A DNA stretch of 32,000 nt from Candidatus Saccharimonadota bacterium (GCA_965227835.1 OZ245768.1:960001-992000), one strand, 5' to 3'. Shown: positions 1 through 12,208, numbered from the stretch's first letter. Numbers and translations: made by a program. The notes: a model not told the origin generated them from the sequence alone.

Positions 1-1473
1 ATACCTAGAACTTCTAAAAGTTTCTCAGGGAGCAAGCTTGGTTAAACTAGAATGAAGTTTTAAATTCTTATCCAATATATAAAGATCTGTATGCATTTCG
101 TCTACTTTTCACCATGAGTTTATACTTGTAATTATTCTAAATAATCAATCTTTTTCGTCCATACTATACTGGTTTAGTGGGCTTCATGGTATCATATTTG
201 AATTCAAATAATTTAAACTATCTCAATTTATAGATAATTTATGTACCATAGTATTTGTAGTTCATCAGTAATAATAAGGTGCTATACAAATATCACTAAT
301 TTCACATTTGTAGCTTTGGCTAGAATAAACTCTATCAGTTATATATAAATTATCTAAACTCATATATAACTCAGAACTATTCCCTGCAATAACTTTATTT
401 TTTACCTCACTGCTTGTATCTTTGGTATCTATAATTGATATTATATTATAACTTGGATTAAAATCATACTTCTCCAATGTTTCTTTATCAGGAAGGATAT
501 ATTGTATATCACTACATTTAGCTACATTTCATGAACTTGCTTTGAAAGGATATTTTTTATCATTTAGTTTTAAATTTTGTTCTTCTTTTATAGAAGTCTT
601 TGAAATATCTATTTTTTTGGGAATTATTTTATCTGAATCAATTTTTATATCATCTATATTTTTAAATGTAGTGTAAGGAAAGTTGAAATAATTATTGGAA
701 ACCACATATAAATACCTTCATATCTTTCTAGATTTAGACATAGTTCAATCACTTACATATAACTTTTTTAATTCAGGATTTTTTTTATCTTTAATATCAA
801 AAACTATTACATATGTCTTATTGTTTCTATTTATGTAATAGCTTTTATATTTATTGGTACTTTGTGAGTATCAGCTAGCTAAAACTACCAGGCTATCTTC
901 GTCTATATATATTTTGGTATCATAGAAAAAACTAGGGACTTTTATTTTTTTCACTAATTCTAAATTCTCAGACTCAACTATATGTATGTATTTACCTTCA
1001 TTATACTTTAATTTATCGTTGTAATAGTATATATAATTTCAATCTGTTTTGATTATATCTGCCTCATCTACTCATAATACTTGAATATTAGTTTTGGAGT
1101 AATTTCAATCTGTACTTTTTCTTGATAAAGTTTGAGAATTGTCTTGAAGTGAGAAATCGGCTTGCATTTCCAATGTCTCATCTATACTTGCATTATCTAC
1201 AAATGCTTCATCCACATTTATTTCTTGTATTCATCCACGAATAAAAGGTCTCCTATATCTATTTTTGTTACTTTCCCAATAGTCTTTAATATATGTTTCC
1301 ATAGTTTCTTCTAAATCATTACAACTCTCAAAAGATTTTAGTTTAAAATCCATATCTAATTCTAAAAATTCATCTTTTCCCAATTCTTTTGAGATAGAAT
1401 CGTCTATAATTTCTGCAAAACAATAATTTGAAGTTACAAGTATAGTTATCAACACTAAAAATATTTTTTTCAT
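1..1473 (-). CDS. secreted beta-propeller-domain protein (PF09826/COG4880-like); C-terminus lies beyond the window
   Basis: ATG at 1473. Signal peptide MKKIFLVLITILVTSNYCFA. I checked every triplet down to base 1 and found no in-frame TAA/TAG once TGA is read as sense. Standard-code ORFs 265..477 and 1231..1473 share this frame. The family hallmark TNIQVLGVDEADIIKTDGNYIYYY lies at 1021..1092. Confidence 0.8.
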
Positions 1474-1490
1474 AGACCTTAAAATTAAAA

Positions 1491-1525
1491 AATAACACTT
1501 TTTTGTATTATAGTGTTATTTTTTA
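1491..1525 (-). terminator. hairpin plus T-run downstream of recA (A-run on the other side, so possibly bidirectional)
   Basis: aataacact (1491-1499) pairs with agtgttatt (1512-1520). It is flanked by an A-run upstream and a T-run downstream. It sits between the recA stop (1596) and the start of the next gene (1473). Confidence 0.5.
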
Positions 1526-1595
1526 ATCTCAAAATTTGATTTTGTTTTTTTTAATTAAAATATTAATTATTTAAAACTTCTTCAAATATTTCAAA

Positions 1596-2588
1596 CTAAC
1601 TTTCAAGACTATTTTTTATAATCTCTTCAAGCTCAGAAATCATATTCGGATTATCTTTTAAAAATTTTTTGGCATTTTCTCTTCATTGCCCTAATTTAGT
1701 ATCTCCGTAAGAAAAAAATGCTCATGATTTTTTGATAATTCAAGAATCAACTCAAATATCTATAATTTCTCATACTTTGGATATACCTTCATTATACATT
1801 ATATCAAATTCTGCTTCCCTGAAAGGAGGGGCAACTTTATTTTTTATAACTTTTACTTTTGTGAGACTTCAAGTAGCTTCTTTTTCCATTCAAGTTCATA
1901 TTTCTATCTTTGCTTTTCTCCTAACATCAATTCTTTGAGAAGAATAAAATTTCAAAGCATTTCATCAAGTTGTAGTCTCTGGAGAACCAAACATAACTCA
2001 TATTTTCATTCTAATTTGATTGATAAATATTACCGTAGTACCTGTTCTTGAAATAGCTCATGTAATTTTTCTAAGAGCTTGACTCATAAGCCTTGCTTGC
2101 AAACCCATATGTGAATCTCACATTTCTCATTCTATTTCAGCCCTTGGTGTCAATGCTGCAACAGAGTCAATAACTATCAAATCAACAGCTCAAGACCTAA
2201 CAAGGGAATCTGTTATTTCTAAAGCTTGTTCTCAATAATCAGGTTGAGATATTAATAAATTTTTTACATCAACTCATATCTTTTCTGCATAAGTAGGATC
2301 AAGAGCATGCTCAGCATCTATAAAAGCTGCAACTCATCAAGCTTTTTGTACTTCAGCTATAGCATGTAGTGTCAAAGTAGTCTTACCCGAACTTTCAGGT
2401 CAGTATATTTCAACTATTCTTCATTTTGCATATCAACCTCAAAGTGCTAAATCAAGAGATACCGATCAACTAGATCTAGTTTCAATTTTCATTCATCAGT
2501 CTTTATCTCCAAGTTTCATAATAGAACCTTTACCAAATTGTTTTTCTATAATTGATAATGCCTCATTTAAAGCTTTATTTTTATCCAT
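1596..2588 (-). CDS. recA: recombinase RecA (330 aa)
   Basis: 993 nt, ATG to [30 protein letters not shown]..., [24 protein letters not shown] (Walker A), [79 protein letters not shown]. By my hand count about 26 of 37 glycines are TGA. Confidence 0.97.
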
Positions 2589-2806
2589 AATATATGTAGT
2601 TATCTAATTAAAATGTTATATATTCAAAATATATATAAAGAGTATATATCTTATGTATATTTATGTCAAAAGTTTTTTAATTTTTTTCTAAAAAACTAAA
2701 GATGATTTTAAATAAAAAACATATAAATCAAAAGTTTATATAATCTTGCATATGAAAAAAATAATATATAATGAGAATCACTATTTAAATAATAAAAATA
2801 AAATTT

Positions 2807-3670
2807 ATGTACACACAAAGAATAATTAATTTAAAAACTAGACTTTTAAATTCTAAATTTAAATTAATTAATAAAAAAGCATTCACCCTAGTAGAATTAA
2901 TAGTGGTAGTAACAATTCTTTCTATTCTTTCAACTATAGGTTTTGTTAGCTATTCCTCATATCTAACTTGAGTTAGAGATACTTCTAGAGTATCTCAACT
3001 AAAAGCTATTTGAGATGCTTTACATATGTATTCTACCAATAAAAGCTTGCCTATTCCTGATAATAAAATCAATATCACCACAAATGGTTCTAACCTAATT
3101 GCTTATCAAGGTTTCCTTGGTGATAATGTTATTGAAACTATTTCTTATACATCAGAAGGAAAAGACCCTAAAGATGATACTTATTTCTCTTATTTCCTAT
3201 CTGAAGATAGAAAATTCTTTCAGCTTCTTTCTTACCTAGAAGAAGAAAATAAAGATAGTATGGTTCTTAAAAATCATTACTCATTAACAAAAGTTAATGC
3301 TATAGACTATACTTCTAGATATCCCTATGTAGATTGAGATAAACTTTGAATACTTATTTGAGAAGACAATGCCCCAATTCAAGAATTAGAGACAGAAGTA
3401 AATTTATCCAGTCCTCCTACTTGACTAGTTTCTTATATTTCAAATTGAGAAACTTTGAGTTGAAGTTGAAACTTTTTGTATATGAACCCTAAGTATAATT
3501 GTAAGAGATTGTACCAAGTTGAAAGAAAGAGAAGAGATGGTGCTTATACTATAGACCCTGAAGGTAACTGAACTTGATATAAAGCTTATTGTGATATGGA
3601 AAATTGAGGTATTTCAAAAAATCTAGAAGATTGAAAAGAATGAAGTGAAATTGATGAACTTAATGATTAA
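2807..3670 (+). CDS. type IV pilin / pseudopilin-like protein with prepilin N-terminal domain (287 aa)
   Basis: ATG 2807, TAA 3668. A 25-aa leader is followed by AFTLVELIVVVTILSILSTIGFVSY, the class III signal / N-methylation motif with Ala instead of Gly at -1. Same frame as track ORF 3026..3337. The C-terminal part is cysteine-containing. Confidence 0.8.
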
Positions 3671-3683
3671 TATTTAAAAAATA

Positions 3684-3716
3684 GGAGTTGGTATCTTAAG
3701 ATACCAACTCCATTTT
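3684..3716. terminator. bidirectional hairpin between the convergent pilin gene and the 131-aa ORF
   Basis: Perfect 12-bp stem: ggagttggtatc (3684-3695) / gataccaactcc (3700-3711), loop ttaa. A-run upstream and T-run downstream. The TAA stop of the minus-strand ORF (3696-3698) lies in the loop. Confidence 0.7.
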
Positions 3717-4091
3717 AACTTTTCCTGATGTTTCCAAATAATGAAGAATCTCATTCAGGATCATAGGACTAATCTTTGTAAGTTTCCCCTCTTCCTTTAG
3801 AGAAATTAGTTTCAAGGCTAATTCATCTGGAATAAGTGTAATCCCAAAATAAGGTACAAAAAGATTTGTATTATACTTGGTTTCTCCAAAACTATCTGTT
3901 ATTTCTTTAGGTCTAATAACTACAAAGTAACCTTCTTTAAGTACCGATTTAAAAGGTAGACTTCTTACAGGTTTTTTACCTTTCAAAATTATAAATTGGT
4001 TCGTCTTTGAAATATAACACCTAACTGCTAATACAAATGAAATCACAAGAAACGAAATAAAAATTACAATCATTATGTTCATTCCGTTCAT
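3696..4091 (-). CDS. hypothetical N-terminally membrane-anchored protein (131 aa)
   Basis: Open under the standard code too (no TGA at all). Canonical SD aaggaggt lies 6 nt upstream of the ATG. TM segment IMIVIFISFLVISFVLAV. No motif recognised. Confidence 0.7.
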   Translation of the reverse strand: MNGMNIMIVIFISFLVISFVLAVRCYISKTNQFIILKGKKPVRSLPFKSVLKEGYFVVIRPKEITDSFGETKYNTNLFVPYFGITLIPDELALKLISLKEEGKLTKISPMILNEILHYLETSGKVKMELVS

Positions 4092-4150
4092 ATCTAACCT
4101 CCTTTTGTTAATTTAAAAAAATATAAATTACAAGAAAAATTAATCACTAT

Positions 4151-5236
<1,086 letters not shown>

Positions 5237-5261
5237 TTTTTTGTATGAATATAAATACTCT

Positions 5262-6410
5262 TTATTGTCAGATTTTTGATATTTTTAGTTCCTCTAAATC
5301 ATTTCAAAAATCAAGTAATACATACTTTAGAAAATAATTTAGTGAATATGATTCTAAGTTATTAATCATAGTTTTTATTTCTATATAAATATTTTTGAAT
5401 TCTAAGTTACCTGAATCCCTTTCAATTCTAGATTCTAACAAGGCAGATATAATATCAGCATTTTTGGCAAGTCTTCAAATATCTCATGAAAATGGATCTA
5501 GCATATAGCTTGATATTTTTTCTTTATATTGTTTATCCACATACAAAAAGAAATAATCATTCATCATTTCTTCTTCTATTTTACCTAAAGTTTCTTTGAA
5601 GCCCGGTACAGAGTTTTTTATGGGTGTTATAATATCTCAAGTGATAGCTTCTGGTATATCATGATAAATTCATCTTACCATAATATCAAAAACATCATAG
5701 TTAGCTCATTTTTCATTTTCTAAATTGGCTATAACATATGAAATAAATGTAACTATAACCAAATGTCCCATTACAGAAATTGGATATTTTCTTTGTTTTC
5801 AAGACCATCTCATAGCATGACTAAGTCTTCTTATATGACTTAGATAATTTTTATAATTATCTTTTTTAAGAAGTTGGGCTAGTGAAAAAAGTTTGTTTTT
5901 ATTTTCTTCAAAATATAGATCTATTTCTTTCAAAGCTACATCATAGGCATATAAAAATACCCTAGCATTTATTACACATTCTTGGTGTCATGCAAATTTC
6001 TTTGCTCCAGATATAATTCTATTTTCTATACTATCAGAATCATTATAAAAAATCTCTTTTATATCCTTTTTCAAAAAATCTCAACCTTCCATAGAAAAGA
6101 AATAATCAAATACTTTCTTTTCTAAATCATACATAACTTTAGGGTTTGTTTTTAGAATATAATCTCTAGTTCAAGAGTTTATATCTGCCAAAACTAAGGA
6201 TTTGAGCAAATCAAAAATTATCTTTTTTATTATGTAGCATTTATCTATTTTTTTCCCGTTTTTTTCTTCCAAATGAGATAAAAATAGAGCTATATGTATT
6301 ACAAATCATGCATTATCCAAAGGGGTTATATCCTCTACTCTGGGAAAGTTGTTCCACCTTTTTATTAAAAGACCTTTAGATAAAAGTAATTTTAGAAGAA
6401 TTCAAATCAT
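5262..6410 (-). CDS. HD-domain phosphohydrolase (YfbR-like fold, 382 aa)
   Basis: 1149 nt, all triplets checked. KRWNNFPRVEDITPLDNAGFVIHIA, HAMRWSG, VMGHLVIV, IYHDIPEAITGDIITP (HD motif). Confidence 0.85.
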
Positions 6411-6423
6411 ATTTTTTAATGTG

Positions 6424-6786
6424 TTAAATTTCTATGTTTTTATAGTGTGTAATTTTATAAGATTTAGTTTGTTTTAAAATAGCTATAGCATCAAATCTAA
6501 TATTTTCAAAAGAGATATAATTCTTTTTACAGTAATATTGCATAGTTTTTCTACATTTAGATAGTTTATATTTAGTCATTGATTCTTCGGGAGATCAGTA
6601 TTTCTCGTTTGATCTATATTTTACTTCTATAAAAACAGTAGTATCTTCCTTTTGAGCTATAATATCTATTTCTCAAAAATTAGAGAATCTAAAATTAGTT
6701 TCAAGTATCTTATAATCCTTTTTTTGCAAATATTTAATTGCTATAAGTTCACCAGAGTTTCATATTTTTGTATTTGAAATAGTCAT
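6424..6786 (-). CDS. yraN: YraN/UPF0102 family endonuclease-like protein (120 aa)
   Basis: 363 nt. GNSGELIAIKYLQKKDYKILETNFRFSNFGEIDIIAQKEDTTVFIEVKYR is the typical UPF0102 core. It lies 13 bp upstream of the HD gene. Confidence 0.85.
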
Positions 6787-7016
6787 GTTTTATAAATAGT
6801 AAGGGAACCTGAATTCAAAATTTATAAGGAGTCTATGAAAAATTAATATTATAAAGAAAAGATAATATTTTTATTTCTCATCAACAGATGGCTTTAGCTT
6901 TTTGCTATTTTGGGAAGTTTCTATTTGCTTATTATCTACAATCTATATAGCAAAAAAATTTGTACCTTAGTTTACTATCATAAGGTAGAGGTATCAAATA
7001 TTTTAATTCACTGATA

Positions 7017-7427
7017 TCAATTAGGGACTTTGTAGTTTTTTGTAAATCTATCAATAAGCTCAAATTCTTTTTTTACTCTTTCATCATCTCTCTTTCTATG
7101 CAAAACATTTTTTTTACAAATTTCTGGATTATTTTCAAAGTATAAAAAATCTATATTAGTTTTTATGTTCAAAGAAATAAATAGTGTGTTTAATTCATTT
7201 ACAAATTCTTTTAATTTTAAATCTTGTGTCCATGCTATATCGCTTATAACTATGTTTTTATTTGTATTTAGTGATTTTATCAACTGTTCATAGTATACAC
7301 TTTTACGAAGTGATTTACATTCATATTTATAATAGTCATCAAAAAAATCATAATCTTTCAAATGATTTTCTACATATGTAGTTTTTCAAGAACCAGGAAT
7401 ACCTATAATTATAAGTACCTTTTTCAT
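7017..7427 (-). CDS. small P-loop NTPase/kinase-like protein (136 aa)
   Basis: Extends track ORF 7017..7361 upstream through one TGA to MKKVLIIIGIPGSGKTTYVE (Walker A, in which the TGA is the Gly immediately before the Lys, GSGKT). 411 nt in frame. Confidence 0.75.
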
Positions 7428-7474
7428 AAATAGTTTTCAAAATAAAATAAAAATCGAAAAAATGAATATATTTT

Positions 7475-7692
7475 TCTCAAAACTACCCATTTTTTTGTAT
7501 TTTATAGTTTATTTTTTACCTTTATATAAGTAAAAACATAGGTTTTATATTGATTGAATTTTATAAAGATAAAGTTAGCTTAAATAAGTCATTTATAAAA
7601 CACAAAAGGTAAAACAATAAAAACAACCTACATTTCCCTCAGTTATCCTTATTCTCCTATGTCGATTTTATAAAAAGTGGGTAGTTTTGAGA
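7475..7692. mobile_element. MITE-like non-autonomous element, copy A (218 bp)
   Basis: Perfect 15-bp terminal inverted repeats: tctcaaaactaccca (7475-7489) / tgggtagttttgaga (7678-7692). T-runs flank both ends, so a TSD is possible. No coding capacity. A second copy lies at 11240..11457 in opposite orientation. Confidence 0.7.
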
Positions 7693-7695
7693 TTT

Positions 7696-9498
7696 TTAAT
7701 TCTTACTATTCCTCTTCCTCTCATTTTCGGTTAAATATTTTTTTCTAAGTCTTATAGATTCGGGAGTTACCTCTACATATTCATCTTGAGAAATATAGTC
7801 AATAGCTTCTTCTAAAGTCATAATTTTAGGTGGGATAAGTTTCAAAGCATCATCACTTCAAGAGGCTCTTACATTTGTAAGCTTCTTATTTTTAGTGGCA
7901 TTTACAGTTAAATCTTGTCATTTGCTTGATTCTCATATAATCATTCACTCATATATAGAGCTTGCAGGAGTTATAAATATGGTTCATCTATCTTGTAGGT
8001 TGAATAAAGAGTATGCCATAGCTTTACCAGCTTCACCAGAAATCATAGATCAAACCTGTCTTTTTTCAATTGGTCATTTATGAGGAGAAAATTCTTCAAA
8101 AGAGCTAGACATCAATCATTCTCATTTAGTAAGTGTAGTAAAAAGTGATTTAAATCAAAGGAGACCTCTTGTAGGTATTAAAAATTCTAAATTAACAATA
8201 TCATTTTCTTCTGACATATTAAGCATTTGTCATTTTCTTTTTCAAAGTTCAGCTATAATTGAACCAGAAGATTCACTTGGTACAGAAATTGTCAATCTTT
8301 CTATAGGTTCCATTTTTACTCCATCTTCTTCACGCATTATTACTTCAGGTGCTCAAACTTGCAACTCAAATCATTCTCTTCTCATATTTTCAATTAAAAC
8401 TGATAAATGAAGCTCTCACCTACCTGAAACTAAATAGGCCTCTGTTTTATCAAAATCTACTTTTAAACCTACATTTGTTTCAAGTTCTTTTTCCAAACGA
8501 TCTCTTATTTGTCTGCTTGTAACAAATTTACCCTCCTTACCACAAAAAGGAGAATTGTTTACGAGAAATTCCATCTTCAAGGTAGGTTCATCTATTGTAA
8601 TGCTAGGCATAGGTTTAGTTCAACTTTCTCAAGATATGGTTTCTCAAACAAATATATCTGGTATTCATGCTATAGTTACTATATCTCAAGCATATGCTTC
8701 TTTTGTTTTTCTTTTTTCAAGGCCATAATTTGTAAATATTTCTGTTATTTTACCTTTTCTTTCCACTCAATCATTTGATATTATATATACTTCTTGTCAT
8801 ACTTTAGCTTTTCATTCATAAACTCTACCTATTCCCAGTCTACCTAAGAAACTATCAAATCATAAATTGGCAACCTGCATTTTAAAAACTTTATTAACAT
8901 CATTTGGAGCTTGTGGTACTTTTTTAATTATATAATCAAGAAGAGGTTTTATACTTTCTTTTTTATCATCATTATCTATCCATGCTTTACCTTCTCTAGC
9001 TATAGCATAAACTGGTTCATGTAATAATTCACATTGTTCATCATTTGCTCAAAGTTGGACAAACAAATCAAAGAGGCTATCTATAACCCAATCCGGTCTA
9101 GCAGTAGGTTTGTCCATTTTATTAATTATGATTATTGGTTTTAATCATAGTTCTAAGGATTTTTTAAGTACAAATTTGGTTTGGGGCATTGGTCATTCGT
9201 AAGAATCAACAAGTAGACAAACACTATCAACAGTTCTAAGTACCCTTTCAACTTCCGAACCAAAATCAGCATGACCAGGAGTATCTACAATGTTTATTTT
9301 GTTTCATTTATAAGTTACAGATGTATTTTTGGAATAAATAGTTATACCTCTTTCTTGTTCTTGTGCATTGGAGTCCATAACCCTTTGTTCTAGTCAAACC
9401 CTAGAATCAAAATCATCATCAGCTTTTAAAAGTTCATCAACAAGAGTAGTTTTTCCATGATCTACATGGGCTATTATTGCAATATTTCTTAAAGACAT
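7696..9498 (-). CDS. typA: translational GTPase TypA/BipA (600 aa)
   Basis: 1803 nt, all triplets checked. [50 protein letters not shown]. Contains track ORF 8416..8610 in frame. Ends ...[17 protein letters not shown]. Confidence 0.96.
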
Positions 9499-9560
9499 TA
9501 TTTTTTTATGTTAAAATACAAAGTTGTCGGGAGTATAGGCAGTATTTTGTCAAAGTAAAG

Positions 9561-9845
9561 AAAAAAGCTCCTAAATAGGAGCTCTAAATTATCTTCTTAC
9601 CCAACTATATTATCTATATATAGTAAGTGAGAATAATAAGGTCGTCGTTTTGGTTTAGCCTTGGAAGGTCTCTAGAAATCAGGTCTAGAGATTCTCCCAT
9701 ATTCAGTTTATATGGACTAAAAGGACCCAGAAATTTCGGTTCCATTTAATAGGAACATAAACTTACTCTAAGGCTTGTGCTTCATATGCTGTCTCGGCAT
9801 AAACGCAATCACCACTTTTGGTCTATTCCAAAACGACTCGACTAT
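9561..9845 (-). ncRNA. unclassified structured RNA (core about 203 nt, 9641..9843) with an intrinsic terminator
   Basis: A local GC-enriched island in AT-rich intergenic DNA. The ends pair: GUCGAGUCGUUUUGG (9842-9828) with CCAAAACGACGAC (9653-9641). Internal hairpins: GUUCC/GGAAC, CCAUAU/AUAUGG, and an 8-bp UCUCUAGA/UCUAGAGA. A terminator-type hairpin AGCUCCU-AUUU-AGGAGCU plus U6 lies on the minus strand at 9561-9583. Confidence 0.55.
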
Positions 9846-10081
9846 AAATTTATATTAAAAATTATATAAAAAGCAAACTTTTTTATTTTTTGATACAATT
9901 GTTTATATTTAAAGTTAATTGTTTTTGAAAAAGTCTGCTTAATATATTTAAATTTTTGAACGAAAATTAGCAAAAAAGGATTGTTTTTTTAAATGAATTT
10001 TTCAAGTCTTTATTAAAATCTAACTTGAATCTTAATCTGTTTTATTATTATATTTATAATTATTGTTTAATATCTTTAAGT

Positions 10082-11131
10082 ATGAAAAAAATTCTTGCCA
10101 TAATTACAATATTGATATTTGGTTTAACATCAGTATTTGCCTTTTCTCCTACAAAAGAACTTCAAGAAAAAATAGATAAAGTTGTCTATAATTTAGAAGA
10201 TATTATTGAAAAAGATTGAGAAAATACTCGTAATAGAATAATTACAAGCCTCAAGAATTATAAAAAAAAATACAGGGAAAATCAAGAAATCCTATACATA
10301 CTAAATTATATAATTACAAAACTCTATAATGAATCAGGTGAAAATTTAGAAAATTTTGGAGATTCATTTTTTGAAGAATACAGTATAGATGACTGAATTT
10401 ACTGAACACAAACATATGTAACATTATCGTGAAATCAAAGGAAAATTTCTACAAATGCCCTTCCAAATCACAAAACATGAAATTTTCCAAATTCTTGAAA
10501 TCCTAACATTATAAGTTCACAAAAAATATCTTATAGTGTTCCTTATTCTGGAGAATATGTTTGAAATGAAACAAGTGCTAAAATTCCTGGAATAGCAGTA
10601 AATTGAATAAAATTTGAACCAGAAACAGCAGAAGTGATAAAATGTAACTCTGGAGAAGAATATAGAATAGAAGCTATTCAAGAAGTGGTAAATCTTGGTC
10701 TTGATAATCAACATGCTCATGTTCAACCCACAGGAGAATATCATTATCATGGTATTTCTGAAAGTCTTGTAGAATTTGCATATAATTGAGAAGATCTTGT
10801 ACATATTGGTTTTGCTAAAGATGGCTTTCCTATGTATTACTCAAAAAGTGGAATATATAAACCCAGCTACAAACTTTCTGATAAACTTAGAAATGGGAAA
10901 GGATGTAGGTATAGAAATAAAACAATAAATTTAGATGATACAATACCTGATGGCACTTATGTTTCTGATTGGGAATATATAAAAGGTTTTGGTGATCTTG
11001 ATGCTTGTAATGGTATTGAAATTAATTGAGATTATATATATCTTGTAACGGATGAATATCCATATATTGGTAGATGCCTTAATTGAGAATATATAGAAAA
11101 AAGAAAAAAAAGAAAATGATTTAGAAGATAG
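10082..11131 (+). CDS. secreted YHYH-domain protein (349 aa)
   Basis: 1050 nt, all triplets checked. Signal peptide MKKILAIITILIFGLTSVFA. LPNHKTGNFPNSGNPN, HAHVQPTGEYHYHG, GFAKDGFPMYY, GDLDACNG, YPYIGRCLNG. Track ORF 10832..11029 is in the same frame. Confidence 0.85.
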
Positions 11132-11239
11132 ATTTTTGAGGATAATATCAAAAATGTGTGCTAAAATATATTATATAAAAAAGTAATCAGATTTAAACTA
11201 AATGACAAAGAAAACTTGGTAATGATTCAAAAAAAAAAA

Positions 11240-11457
11240 TCTCAAAACTACCCAGTTTTTATAAAAAGTATACCTATATTTTAGTTTAAATAAAGGTAAA
11301 TTAAGCTATTTTTAGTGTTTTATCTTTAGTATTTTATAAATGACTTATTTAAGCTAACTTTATCTTTATAAAATTCAATCAATATAAAATCTCTGTTTTT
11401 ACTTATATAAAGGTAAAAAATAAAATATAAAATACAAAAAACTAGGTAGATTTGAGA
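11240..11457. mobile_element. MITE-like element, copy B (218 bp, inverted relative to copy A)
   Basis: tctcaaaactaccca at 11240-11254. The other end is degenerate: taggtagatttgaga at 11443-11457. The reverse complement of 11326-11460 matches 7471-7612 closely, including an identical block of about 55 bp (ttatattgattgaattttataaagataaagttagcttaaataagtcatttataaaa). A-runs flank both ends. Confidence 0.7.
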
Positions 11458-11521
11458 AAAATTACTTGACTTATTTAAATAAATTATTATTATATAATTA
11501 ATTAAATAATAATTTATAAAT

Positions 11522-12208
11522 ATGAGAGTAATAGCAATATGAGACATACATTGAAGAAGTTGCTGGGAAAATATGAAAAAATATGATGCAGATCATCTTG
11601 TATTCATATGAGATTATTTTGATACTCATGAAAATATAAGTAGTTATGAGCAAATAGAAAATTTTAAAAGAATTTTAGAATTTAAAAAATCATTTAAAGA
11701 TAAGGTTACACTACTTATTTGAAACCATGATTTCCATTATTTTGGTACAAACAACAGATATGGTTGATATCAACATTTAAATGCAACAGATATTAGAATA
11801 GAGTTAAATATAGCTATAAGAGATAATTTACTGGTTTTTTCTAAAATTATAGATAATGTAGTTTATACTCATGCAGGAGTAACAAAAACTTGGCTTTCAG
11901 AGGTGGCTGAATTTGATGGAAGAACCGATCTAGAAGATTTTATAAATAACCTTCCTTATTCTTGTTTTGAAATACTGCCTTCAAAAGTAAGTAAAAGCTG
12001 AGATGATATATACCAATCCCCTATTTGGGTTCGTCCTAAAAGCCTTATTGATGACAAAATAGATAAAAAACAAGTTGTGTGACATACCAATGCTAAAAGT
12101 GTTTTTTCTTCAGAAGATAAAAAAGTTTTATTTATAGATATCTTAGAGGATGATAAAAAATGTGTGGTTTTAGAAGATAGTGAATTTAAATCTAGCATAG
12201 ACCTGTAA
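11522..12208 (+). CDS. calcineurin-like metallophosphoesterase (PrpE/ApaH-like, 228 aa)
   Basis: 687 nt. MRVIAIGDIHGRS, LVFIGDYFD, LLIGNHDFH, VYTHAGV, VVGHT: the full metallophosphoesterase motif set, with several of the glycines written TGA. Confidence 0.85.

Noticed and set aside
8509-8778. Track ORFs lying opposite real genes. Fully antisense: 1732..1938, 7895..8083, 8509..8778, 10517..10804, 11956..12198, 13355..13537, 15981..16200, 17118..17390, 21536..21760, 22686..22916, 28171..28449. Partly antisense, spilling into flanking spacer: 12678..12920 and 28663..28899.
   Set aside because: Each is opposite (wholly or mostly) a gene with clear family motifs and has a low-complexity hydrophobic composition.
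9561-9845. Assigning the structured RNA to tmRNA, RNase P, SRP RNA, 6S RNA or a known riboswitch.
   Set aside because: The universally conserved motifs of the first three are not visible. The fold is multi-branched rather than the long 6S hairpin. At about 200 nt the core is short for RNase P. It is left unclassified rather than named.
10025-10081. The TTG start proposed by the ORF track for the YHYH gene.
   Set aside because: The ATG at 10082 gives a canonical signal peptide (MKKILAIITILIFG...). The extra 19 residues would be I/Y/N-rich intergenic-like sequence.
11326-11547. 73-aa ORF on the minus strand.
   Set aside because: It lies largely inside MITE copy B and the spacer before the phosphoesterase gene. 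Its sequence is AT-driven (I/Y/N/L-rich).
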